A DNA stretch of 64,000 nucleotides from Bugula neritina (taxonomy: Eukaryota > Animalia > Bryozoa). The notes beneath the pieces are model-generated. The model was given only the letters and a program-made list of their open reading frames with translations. It did not search any database and was not told the DNA's origin. The position numbers and the translations under genes were made by a program. The stretch is taken from positions 2,356,001 to 2,420,000 of the forward strand of contig OZ037769.1 in NCBI GenBank assembly GCA_964035545.1, given 5' to 3'. Of this stretch, positions 43,458 to 56,134 are shown one piece after another (the first letter of the stretch is position 1; every line of letters begins with the position of its first letter).

Positions 43458-46330
43458 CTACTTCTTCTTTTTCTTCCCTTTTTTCCCACCTTTCTTTTTT
43501 TTAACCTTAGGTCCAGTGTAGCCAAACCCTCTCATAGTCAGTGCATCCGGAGAATTGTGGGCTATATAATACAGATTTTCCATCGCGGCTGGACTCAGTA
43601 TGTCTATCTGTAACACACAAGTCGAACTTGAAGCTGCAGGTTAACAATTATCTACCTACAAGGTCATGACACAACTGCTATATCATATTGACCTCGTGTG
43701 TTTTAAAGCATTTCAGCTATGATATGAACCAGAATCTAAATTTATAAAATAAATCCATATTTATTAAACATTTCTTTGTAAAAAAAACATCAATCCTTTT
43801 TTAATTCATGATATTATCAAAAAGCTCCTAAATCTGTCCCAGCAGTCTATTTATAGTGGTATCTTTACCTACAGTCATGATAGTGGGAGCAACGTCATAC
43901 ACAAAACTTATGATTATATATTCTCTTTCCTAGTTATTGAGTAGGTACCCAATGACCAAAACTAGGCAATGTGATGTACAAACACAACCCTATATATAGA
44001 AATAAAATAAGTTACATAGTCTGAAATATCACATGACTAGTTTATATGAACCATAGCAGGTGTCAACAGGTGACATAGAAGGTGATTGCCAGTGACAGAG
44101 TAGGTGACAACAGGTGACATAACAGTTGAAATAGCAGATGACAGATGTTGACTAGGCACATGACATCAGGTGATATAGCAGGTGACAACAGGTGACATAG
44201 AAGGTAAAAGCTGGTGACAGGTGACAGCTGGTGACAGCTGGTGACAGCTGGTAACAGCTGGTGACAGGTAATAGCTGGTGGCACAGCTACTACATTTAGT
44301 TTACTGTCAGCAGCTGTATAACTGGCAGCAGGTTATAGAGCTACTGCATTTGGTTTACTGTCAGCAGCTTATCTTGAATCACCTCATATGTGATATTTGC
44401 TTTACCTTTCAATCATTAGGTTTAATATTAGCACAGCACTAAACACTACTTGATACTCTATAGAACACAGGAGATTAGAAAAGTCTACAGATTACAACAA
44501 CCAGCAGGTAAAGACATTAATAAGCTAAAGGTTTTACAAACTTTAAGGCATTTACTATCAATAGGATTTTACTAAATGACTAGTAACTACCTAAGCTGAC
44601 ACCTAACTCTACGAACAGAGTGACTCTGGTAACATCGATAGAAAGTTGTATTTCAGTACACAATGTATTTGATGTTTTTATTGTGAACTAATCTAGAAGA
44701 TAAATTTAAATAAATATTACCCCCATTTGTCTATTATCTAACAATAGGATGTTAAGACATTAGTTAGTGAGCTTATATAGCTTGTCTGTTCCAAGCATAA
44801 ATAACATCAGTTAAAATTAGTTAAAATGGCTGAGGTAGGTGCAGCAATGGAGAAATTGAGAAAAGCCTGTGTTCTAGATTAAAAATGTAGCAAAAGAAGT
44901 TGTGTTCTCGAAAAAAATTCAACCGAAATTTAATAATAAAATTAAAGAATCTAGGCTATCTCAATTTCTCCACTACTGCTCCTAAGTGAAAAGGTCCATC
45001 ACTCACAGTTGATAGTGTTTGAGGAGCTACTTTGTTTTTCTTAGCGCTGCTTTTTCTCCCTCCAGAAGATTTTTTACCTTTCTTTGCAGATTTTACGCTG
45101 GCATTCCGCGACTTTGGCAGGTTTGGCTAAAATATAAACACATGTATGCAAAGTCTATTCCTACCAAATATTTTAGTTACACGCCACAATAGTTACGTTA
45201 CTATTCTACATCGATAAAGACAAAGTCCACAGAAATAAAAGAAAGTAAATATCGAAACTGTATTCCTCTTTTCAGTTGACTTCAATTTCACTCCTGGACA
45301 GGTTTACTTTAACATATTGCACGATTTAGTATAGAATAAGTGTGTTTGACTAATACAACTAACTTTATTACTTTTTTATTGTAACTCAATTATCAAAAGA
45401 ATATTGTTTCCACATCTCGGTATGAATGCCATATGACATAATAGGCCTCACTAAACCAACACAAAATGTTATCAAAACATGAACTGAATTTAGAAAAAAC
45501 GTTTAATAAAACAATAACTATACTAAGTTTGTATAGCAAGCATAAACCTGTTGAGCACCATAGCACAGTTGTTACTATTATCATTTCAAAGTTCACTTAA
45601 GCATAATATTCAAGGTCCCTCTTGGCAGTGCTAGCAGCAACTAAATCTACATGTATCACTGTCACATTTACTATTACTAGATGACCAAATCTATCAGGAG
45701 CCACATTCAAAAGATCAAACACTTAAAAATTTTACAAGTCCTTCAATGGCATTAATTAAAACTGAACTAGATTTTTTAAATATTATGAAAAGAAATTAAA
45801 AGCTTTCTGTTTACAGTTAAATCTTTGAGTATTGATTTATTTGCACATTATATTATGCATTTAGTCTCCATGAACAAAAAAATTACTTAATGAAAGGAAT
45901 AAAGCATTAAATTTATATTGAGTTAAGTTGAAGAACTCTAGATATAAAATATAACTATTACCATAATATATAGTATATAGAGATGTGTTCTCAAACTGCT
46001 TCAAGTGACATATCAATAAAACTAGGTAAAGTATACGGAAGCCCAGATGGAAGACTAAATGGTTGGATATGATGCCTTGCAGGACCAGGCGCAGATCTGA
46101 AATAACAATTAGGCAATCAGCTGAATAAAAATAAAGAGAATAAGTAACAGGAAATAGAATTAGTAACAGTTATCTGAACTCATTTTATAACAAATGCACA
46201 GAGTAATATATAGCATCAGGCTACACAGATTGATTTTATTAAGACTAGCTATAGGGAAACCTTGGAATGATTTCATTGCTTGTTAAAGTATGGCCTTGTG
46301 TAAACATAAAATAGAAAATAAATTTACCAT
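43458..46330 (-). CDS. SMKR1: Small lysine-rich protein 1 (~90 aa)
   Basis: Exons 45007-45126 ([19 protein letters not shown]..) and 43458-43607 ([32 protein letters not shown]), matching the remembered SMKR1 core [17 protein letters not shown]. The start is an ATG|gt mini-exon at 46328-46330 or, alternatively, 45962-45964. Confidence 0.82.
44057..44360. repeat. Degenerate 10-nt repeat (aggtgacagc) plus a duplicated ~55-nt block
   Basis: Visible in the SMKR1 intron. Confidence 0.8.
44836..44984. mobile_element. MITE-like element with ~40-bp imperfect TIRs
   Basis: taggtgcagcaatggagaaattgagaaaagcct vs reverse complement taggagcagtagtggagaaattgagatagcct. Confidence 0.5.
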
Positions 46331-47841
46331 GTTTATACAAACCAATTTTTGACACCGTCTGAACAATTTGGAAACTATTTACAGGGCCTGTAAGTTAAAA
46401 TTAAATTGCTTAGTAACTACTATTAAATTAACTAGACTTCTAAAAATCCTAACTATACAGTGGATGATGAAAAAAGGTTTGTAGCTAAAAGATGTGCAAC
46501 TGTAAAGCACTGCAGAGCTCGGCACTGAACAATATACTGTTCAAGTATCAAATTACAAAGTTTACACTTTCTACTGCTGCCATTGTTTGGAATCTTGCAC
46601 TTTACATCTGTTTGCATGCAATGGTGCAAAAATTATAACTACAACAACCTAATAGCACCCTTAAGTTGAAGATCAAGCTTGAATTTTACTACATTATACT
46701 AACAGGGAAACTTTGTACTGCCTTCTAAGTTTCAGGCATTTATCAATATATCATTATAATTATATGATCTAGCACACTCTACAAAATACCTGGGTGTCAC
46801 ACTGCAATCAGACTGTAGATTCAATAAACATATATCATACAAATTACTAGATGCTAGAAGATAGTTGGGTATGGTTAAACTCAAAAGAGCTATCCACTTT
46901 GCAAAAATAAAATAATAAAATGGTGGTCGCAATAACAATGGTAATCACAATAATCAAACTTAATGCTGAAAGTGAAAGCTAAAGTAAAAGTGAATCAACT
47001 GTTAGTGACTTAGTGTTACTGTTAGTGTTATAAACTTGTATAAGTTAAAACTTAATAACTATCAGCAAAACTATCATTATGTCAATAACTATAAAATTAA
47101 GTATAAGTAGTATTACTATTACTAATAGTAAATAACTATTGGTATTAGTTTTACTATTACTTTATGTTCAAATATTATAATTATTACTACTAGAACGTCT
47201 GCGCTCAGCTGATCACTGTTGTCAACGCGATTTACAGAGCATTGGCTAACAGCCTGTGTTCCGCAAATACAGTTTAATCTGGTTGTGTACAGATCGGGTT
47301 GTAGCCCAAGTAACCGGAAAAAGCAAAAATTTAACTTCAATGCGTATTGCACTTTTACCAAAGTCACTGCTATCATACGGTTATTTTCTATATAGTGGAT
47401 AAACGTGTCTTGATGAAAGCTAATAACAGTATACTATTTATATTATATTGGTTCAATTTGCGCCAGTTTCAGGGAAAAAGATAACTCCACTGAAACACTA
47501 GCGGAATATTGTAACGAAATAATTATGGGGCTATTGTCTTGGATATAGAGAGTTATCTTTTCTTCACTAAACTTAGTTCGGGTAATAAAGTCAGATTGTG
47601 ATACAGTTTGGGAGTTTCAACAAAGAAGCAATTTAACTTTTCTCGTAATATCAATATCTTTTTAAATCACTGCTACAATATCAGCGCCGCCATTTTCAAA
47701 TATTTCTCGCACTTCCATCTTAAATTCAGGTTTCCTGTCTTTCTCCTTGATCCCAGTTGAACTCACGCCTCAACTGCATACATTTTTTTAAGAGCTGCAT
47801 ATTCATATTGTTTACACATACACATTTACTAAGCATCTACG

Positions 47842-49170
47842 ATGGCTGATATCAACGCCGTAGCAAATAGTCCTGAGATTCGCCAACATTTTGAGAAATA
47901 TTACCAAACGTTCGATTCTGACAGACCTCAGTTAGCCAGCTTTTACCATGTCAGTATGACTATCAGTATCACTATGAGACAATGAGTATGAGTATAACTA
48001 TAAGTACAACTTAAACTTTAACTTCTTAGTTTGTTATAATTATATTAATTATAACTATAAATTGTTGATAAGAACAACATCTGTTAGTGTTATAAAAAGT
48101 ATCGGTTTGTGAATAAACATGATCAATTTTAAATCAATAAATGTGTCTGTTCAATCTATGATTATCAATATCAATATGGTTATATCGAATTCAAATTCTA
48201 CTTTTACTTTTAGTTTCACTTTTTTTTCCTAAATTTGAAGTTAATCTTATAGTTTAAGTTTACACTAATTAATATGTTTGTTATTTTTTGAAATTGATAT
48301 TCAAACTCAATACTTGATATTAATGTTTTTCTAATTTTAGGCTACCTCATCATGCTTAACTTTCGAAGGCAATGTTTCAATTGGAGGCGCAGCTATCATG
48401 GAAAAGCTGATAGTAAGTTCAAAGTTTCAATTTCCAGTTTTAATAAATTCATTGCTTTGTCTCAACGTTTTGGCCAATGTCTTTGACATCTCTAAGCAAG
48501 TCAAGTTATCTTTTCTTAAAGGTTTTGGTGATTTATCTCATTATTGAACAAATGTTGTTTCTATAATGTTCCAAATTCTGTTCTCTTTATGGCATTCATG
48601 TATATAAACTTTATAATTTAACAGGGTTTGCCGTTTCAAAAGGTCAGTCATGCGATCACCACTTTAGATGCACTTCCTGTGGCTGGATCCGACTGTCTAG
48701 TCATCCTCGTCAGCGGTCAGCTAAAAGTTAGTTTACATGCAATTATTTTCTTTGTGTACGCACATACATTATTTGATTTATTGTGACACGCATGCTTATG
48801 ACCTGTATACTTGGCATTATATTGTGACAATGCAATTGCCTTGTTGGTTTTTCTATCACAGATATACTTTGTGATAAAGTTTGAACACCACACAATATGT
48901 TTTAATTAGCTACGCCACTTATCTTCTAATTTTATAGTTTACAATGGATGTAGCATTTTGACTCTTCCTTCAATCATCAAAACTATTTATCATGTTTCAC
49001 AATTTCTTGTACGGATGTTAATACTATTAGGCATATACAATTATTTCTTTTCTTTGCAGGCGGATGATGATCCTAAGATTGCTTTCTCGGACTCCTTTGT
49101 TTTGCGGCAAATCGATGGCAACATGCTTATAGCTAGTCAGATATTCAGGCTTGGAGTTCACAACTTCTGA
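47842..49170 (+). CDS. NUTF2: Nuclear transport factor 2 (~130 aa)
   Basis: Exons 47842-47949, 48341-48412, 48625-48726, 49060-49170. YYQTFDSDRPQL, SCLTFEG, IMEKL, LPFQK, GQLKADDDP, IFRLGVHNF. AATAAA at 49459. Head-to-head with SMKR1. Confidence 0.92.
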
Positions 49171-50539
49171 GGTTCTCAATCATATCATTGACTGACTATT
49201 GAACACTATCTGCTTGCAAGAAGTTACAAGGCTAAGCGTTGCGTCCATGCGAGGCCAATGTGTTATGCTCACTGCTATCCATACTCACCTTTGCATATAA
49301 GTAGGTTGACAACTGTACATTTTGAGTCTGCCCTGTGACTGCTATGGCGTTTTTGTGTAATGCTCCAGTGTGTATTTTAGCTGAGCACTTATTCTCGTAA
49401 GTTAGCTTCCTCAAATATATTGCTTAGCCCTGGCTGTTTTACATCGCAATTTTATACGAATAAAAAATTTGTGCTGTTCTGTATATGGCGATTGCAATTT
49501 ACTAAAAATTATTAACTGCAAATATCAGCTGTATTTGTTTACTGACGTTATTTTATACAAGGTTAGAGATTTTTCGCTTGGAGTAGTTCTCCTGGATATA
49601 AAAAACTGAGTATCTCAAAATGACTTGGATAGTCAGGTCCGTGTTGAGTTTTAGCACCCAATGTTGCCCTAATTTCTAGAATAACTTGTTAAATCACCGT
49701 GATCAATCTTTCAGTCAGCTTAGCTTTCCCTGCAAGGCGAATCCATCTCCTGGTTTTTAACACTCCATTCTAGTAAAACAGGACAAATATTAATGTGACG
49801 ATACTGTGTAGCATTGCAGCAAACCTTCACCACACAGATAATCTATTTACAGTGATTATGGCATGTAGAAATGTGTGAAAATAAAAGTGTAAATTTGCTG
49901 AGCTACATAATTATCCAGTTCGAATGTCAAAATTTTGAGGCAAATATACAGCACTGTATTCATAATTTAGTATTATAGTCAGCGTTGTCATAATATAAAT
50001 AAAATAACTAAAATATTGTTGCTTGAATGCTCAATAAAAAAGAACCAGTAAAACTGTATGAATAAATCTAGTTCAGTTTAAACTGAAGTGTGGAGGTACT
50101 AGCAATTTGAACATTATTGACTAGAAAGTAATATAAATTATCACATAGGAAGTCTCAGAATATCTCTGTTCTTACCACTGAGCAATGAAAGGTAGTATAC
50201 GGTCAATCAAATTCATGTTCCCATTTTGGGAACACATTACTTTATATATGAAAATATTACAAAAAGTTTGCGAAACTTTGTAAAAATAGCAGTTAGAAAA
50301 TTAAAATGTACTCTCCATGCAATAAAAACACATAACATAATAACTAGTCTCATTGGGTCATCCTCTTGCAAAATGTCTAACACGCAGTAACATTTGCTAG
50401 AGTTGTACAATAGTTCACAGCTAATATATATTAGAAAGTTATTGTAAATTACGTGCTTGGTCAAACGTTTAGCAACAATCCAATTGGTAGGTTTTATCTT
50501 TTGAAGGCATGCTACGGCGTTAAGAGATTTGGCTACAGG

Positions 50540-53500
50540 TCAAGGATTGTTACTGGAGTTGCTTTCCTTTTTGTTATTGATATTGGAGACAACTACTGGG
50601 ACTATTATTATGATTAATATAATCACAATGACTGCAACCACAATGCTGATGATGCAGATCTTCTTCTGTAAGAGAGAAAACAATCAACTACAAAATTCTT
50701 GATAATGCTAAAAACAATAAAGTTATATATTATTCTAATTTATAACTCACGCAGCAGAAGAGTAAACAGACTTTTCTGAACAATTAATGACAAAGTGTAG
50801 TTTTCAGAGTTGTCTTTCCACAGGATATTATAAGTGCATATAAGACAACTCTAGCGAACAAACCCAGCATAACTACATTGCTCCAATATAATAATAAATT
50901 ATTCTGAAAGTTATAACTTCATTTTATCACGAGGCAGCAGACAATTTAATAAGTTATAGCTCGAGATTTTTCATTTGCCAAGTAGAAAGATCGGACTAAT
51001 TGATAACTCACCCGCCTAGCTTTACTTTGGTAGACGACAGCAGCCCTGGCATTGTCTTTCGCAACCACAACATGATCTACTGACTTATTGACATTAAACT
51101 CTATTCTATCTATCATCTCTCCCTGCAAATTTACAGCATTAGTGCATTAGTAATCTGCTACAGTAAGAGCACCCTGAATAGTGAGAATTGATAACTCTCA
51201 TAAGAATTAATTTAAATGTAAACTAAATTTGAAAATTTGAATACTAGTTTGTTTAGAGATATGGTTCGTGTTACTATTCAAATACGAAAATTATCTAAAA
51301 AAATAAATTTATAGTTGCATATTTTTGCAAACTATAGAAAAAAGAATAATCTAAAATTAATAACATTTAAAACTCAACAAGGGTTTGGTTAAGTACTAAG
51401 AAAAATTTAGCCTCCAAATATTTGAGAGTGCAAAGTCATGATTGTTATTGCGATATCACCATTATGCGTAATGAACAGATGTATAAAGTGGCCCCCTGCC
51501 TGAATAATATAATGCTCAACAGATAATCATCCTCATTACAACACCCAGCATATAATTTCAAACTATTTCACATATATTTTCCAGTCACTGCAGCCTAAGG
51601 GTTAGAACTGGTAAGTAAAAGCAGCCCTATTAGGTCTTTCAATTTAGACAGTTGATTACTACAGCAATGAACTGTCTAAGTAAATACTAGTTACAGCTCC
51701 TTGCGCATGAATCTCCTACTTTATATACAAAACAGGACTATAAGGAAAGACAACTATCTACGCTGTGTGCAATTAGAATAACAGTTTAAAACAAAGTATT
51801 ACAAGTATTACAATATTGTCTTGCTTAAACTTAAAAATTACAAAGTCATGGTGATTAATGAGTTATGGAGATTAAACACTCAAGGCAAACAATAATGAAT
51901 ACAAAAAAACTACAGTTGTTATACAGTATAATATTATATAATAGAATAAATAGAAACTACAGTTATTGAACTATATATTATATAATAGAGTACATAGAAG
52001 CTACAGCTATTATAAAGTATATTACATAATAGGAAAATACCCACCTGATTCTCCACCAAAACTGCCATCTGCACAAACACTTCATGCAGTTCCCTAATAC
52101 TGTTCTCTAGCTTCATTATATCTTCATGTCTGGCCTCTATGTCTGCCAGTGACTCTTTAGCTGCTTGCGTCTCCATCACAATCTGAATATAGTGACAGTA
52201 GTAGTACTACTATTACTAGTAGTAGTAGCAGTAGTGGTGGTAACAGCAGTAGCAGTAAGTAATAGTAGTAGTAAGTAATAGTAGTAGTAGCAGTAGTAGC
52301 AGCAGTAGTAGTGGTGGTAACAGCAGTAGCAGTAAGTAATAGTAGCAGTAAGTAATAGTAGTAGTAAGTAATAGTAGTAGTAGCAGTAGTAGCAGCAGTA
52401 GTAGTAGTAGTAGTAGTAGTAGTACTAGTAGTATCAGTACATGTAACTATAGTAAGTAAGATATCATGACGCACCCCCTGTGTGAATATCTGTGGATCTC
52501 CAGACTCAATCATATCTTCCAGCTCATCGTCTGTCGTGTCTCTCCCGGTGATTGCTAACTGCCTCCGGATCCGCTCCTTGCATTTCTGTCTGTACGTCAC
52601 CTGATACTCATTGTACTCATTCATGGCGTCTATAAACTTCTTTGTCAGCGTGTTACACTGCAACAAGTATTACTTTATAATACGCTATTACACACTACCA
52701 CACTGCAACATGTACTACAACACAACACAATACTACACTGCAACATGTACTACAACACAACACAATACTACACTGCAACATGTACTACAACACAACACAG
52801 TGTGTAACAGGTCTACTGTTGTATATTCTACTAAAGCCTGGAGAACTATGAATACTAGAGATAGTAATAGAAGCACAGTAAGAGAGGTGTAGAGCGGAGA
52901 GGGATTTACTAACATAGACACAGTCCCTACTTATTCCAACAGACAACTGTACATAGATTTACTAACGTTGAGCTTAGCAAAAAGTAGCTCTATTATAAAC
53001 TAACAATACTCTATGAGTACGAGTGTATACAATAGACGGTTACTATGACAACGAGCTGTGACACTTCATCATCATGATACACACATAATATCCTCTCAAC
53101 TTTTGACATTGACTGAACGTACCTGCGTTTGCTTGATTCTGAAGCCTGCAGAGTCTGGGCCGAAGGAGTGTTCATCTCTCTCCAGCTCCTGCTTCATAGC
53201 TACAGTCAACAATGGGACAGTTACATAACCCAACAAGTATCCTATTGTATTACAGCAAACAGAATTACATAAAATAATGCGGCCGTGGTGTTTTGGTTTC
53301 AAAACTGACTCAACACTTTATACCTACATGTTCACCTTAATCAGGAAATTCAATTTAGAAAGGTACTAATTGATTAAAGTTGCTCTTATTTCCGTGTATA
53401 TCCCATAACGTTATCAACAACCTTCTCTCGAATACATTGTTGGATTAGGCAATCTATACTAATATAACTTATAATTAGCAATCTACATTTTCTAGAGTAA

Positions 53501-56134
53501 GACAAATTTCAAAAGCCTAACTCACTAATCGCATTTATGAATTTTGGTTAGAGCTAAAAATTCTTGAAAACGTGACTTCTTTTGGAGAACAAAGGCTTTT
53601 TCAAAATCTCTTCACAGTTTATGTGTAGGTGATAGTATATTGAGATAAGCACAACTAACTACCACACCCTCACACACCCAGTTATACTCTACAGTATGAT
53701 TCACAGGTGCAGCTAATCCATTGTGAGCTCATGATAGAATACTCTCTTATCTTTAGATTATCTTTGAAATGGCAATCAACACACTTCAGTATCACTTCAC
53801 CCTCTGACACTAGCTTGATACTAGTAGGTGAGTTCTCGTAAACTAACTTAGTTCGTACACAACATAAACAGCGTGAGGTATTTCCAAGAACACATCAAAT
53901 AATATAAGCACAGGGTTCAAGCTATGCTATAATTTACCTGTAAGGCATCATACAATAGGAATCCAGAGGTATTGTGTAGTAGAGCTCTTACAATGAGGAA
54001 ACATCGCGAGCACAGTATTAACAAGTACCAGTATGCTATGAATACAGGACAATCTATTGAGTGGGACGTGGAAGTAAATACTCACATTGCAGGCCTGACC
54101 TGACTACATTGGAAGCTTTCTTCAGTCCATTCATCAGGTCGTTTAGCTCCGCTTTCAATTCTGAAACAGAACAAGTACATGAGTATTGTCTATTACTCTA
54201 ACCACTGTTCCTTTACCACTTCTCACAATCTATGAGGTTGGGGTAAAAAACAACCTGACTATATGTGGTACTTTTGCAAAGGCGTAAAAGAAATAGAATT
54301 TGAGAAAACGGTAAAAAAAATTAGAAATATTTGGTTAAAATAGATTCACGAATCTGCATTGAGAAAATAGAATTTCAAGAAAAAAGTAACTTTTAGATAT
54401 CTGGTGTTATGTATTGGAAGTTAGCAATAGATTTAATATAGAGATCAGTGCACTACCATTATCAGTGTTGGGGTCAGCAAGTATCTCTCCGTGTTTGGCC
54501 TTCACTTTCTTTACATTCTCTTCTATGGTAGATATTTGTTCACTTACTTCTTCAACCTAGTGTGATATAATATACTGTGATATATCGTGATATACCATAT
54601 CGTGATATTATATACTGCGATGTACCATATCGTGATATTATATACTGCGATGTACCATACTATGATATACTATATCATGATATACTATATTGTGATATTA
54701 ATATATTTACCATCTCTTTAAACAAGTGGTTGCAAGACCAAAATAAATCAAACAGGTTTTCTTACAATTGAAAATCATCACATATTACTGGCTTTCGGAA
54801 ATCTTGAGCTCATAAAACAAAACGATGACTGAAGTTAACACATGTTACCACAGTTAACATGTGTGACCACAGTTAACATATGTTACCACAGTTAACATGT
54901 GTGACCACAGTTAACATATGTGACCACAGTTAACATGTGTGGGTTACTACATTGTTCTAGCAAATTCTCAACAACTGAAGTTCTAACTTCACTACCATAT
55001 TTGAACCCTTTGACTAAGAGGCAGCATCAAGTCAATGAATTTAGTTGACCCTCTCCTTGGATAGTAAACTGACAGCAGCTGGGGCAGCAGTTACCTGTAA
55101 CCATAGCAACGCCTGCTGCCAATTAGCTAGAGTCTACCTTCATAGCCTACCTTGTGAAAAAACTTATCAATGCTGTGACCTTCATCGTCCTCTACTTTGA
55201 TATTTGTCTGTGGCAATACTTCCGGTACGCAATCGTCTTCCCCTGGCAGCTGAAGATTATATCAAAGGTTAAGATGAGTTCAATTAAAATATTTTATAAG
55301 ATGTGGACTAAGAATATAGTTTAAGTTTACCTAAAAGTTAAGATGATTTGTAAAGAAATATAGCAGCTTTCTTAAAACAATTAAAATATAAAATGCATAG
55401 ATAATTCTTTAGTTCTTCGACGACTATATCTGTAATGGATAGACACGACAGGAAGTGATGAGATACGGAAATATGTATTTCCTGTATCTACTTGCTTATA
55501 TGTATAGAACTATAGAAATAGTAAAATAAAATGCACATAGTGATAATCCAGTTTGAATATGAAATCTCTTTTTAAAGTGGCCAACAGGACAAGATTAGGT
55601 TCGGAGAGAGAAAAGTATTGAAAGAATTTGTAAATAAGAGTAGTTGAAAAGTGACAGCAATTTACAGTGAGCAATAACCGAAAACACATATTAAATCAAA
55701 TTTCACATCAATAGGAACAAAAAAGTGATTTGCCATCAAAAAATGAGAGCTCCGCCAATAAATAAAACCTTATATCTTTGTCAGCTTAAGTTCTTATCTC
55801 TTTATATAGGAGACATCATCTATGTGAATTAAATTACCAGACTAGACCTGTGCTATGTTGAACTTTATATTACATAAATCTCAATATGTATGATTTAGCA
55901 GAAGACATTTCACAGTCCACTCTGCATAAGATAGTCAACCTCATATTTCAACAATTTCTGGATATCTAACCAACTGTTCGCAATGATCAATGGTTTGTAG
56001 TATATAAACAAATATGAACAATTCACATAGAAGATTATATTTACAGCATACTAAACAATCCTTTTATAATTTTAATATAAATGCATTATGGAAGTTCCTA
56101 CCGGTTTCAAAGCTGCAAGTCTATCTTTCGTCAT
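50540..56134 (-). CDS. STX1: Syntaxin-1-family plasma-membrane Qa-SNARE (~313 aa)
   Basis: Exons 56102-56134, 55151-55249, 54457-54556, 54086-54160, 53123-53199, 52475-52657, 52045-52182, 51012-51122, 50540-50665. N-peptide [66 protein letters not shown] followed by the TM helix. Confidence 0.92.
52190..52440. repeat. (AGT/AGC)n trinucleotide microsatellite filling a syntaxin intron
   Basis: Directly visible. Confidence 0.9.
52652..52800. repeat. 35-nt repeat containing a syntaxin acceptor and exon start
   Basis: acactgcaacatgtactacaacacaacacaatact x3; minus strand gttgcag|TGT matches the true junction at 52657/52658. Confidence 0.85.
54558..54945. repeat. 15-nt array at a syntaxin acceptor (54558-54700) and a 19-nt array (54835-54945)
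   Basis: Units ~gtgatataatatact and gttaacatgtgtgaccaca. Confidence 0.85.

Noticed and set aside
55440-55530. C/D-box snoRNA candidate (GTGATGA plus a hairpin); similar candidate near 2200-2280
   Set aside because: No properly placed CTGA D box with terminal stem, and antisense to the host gene
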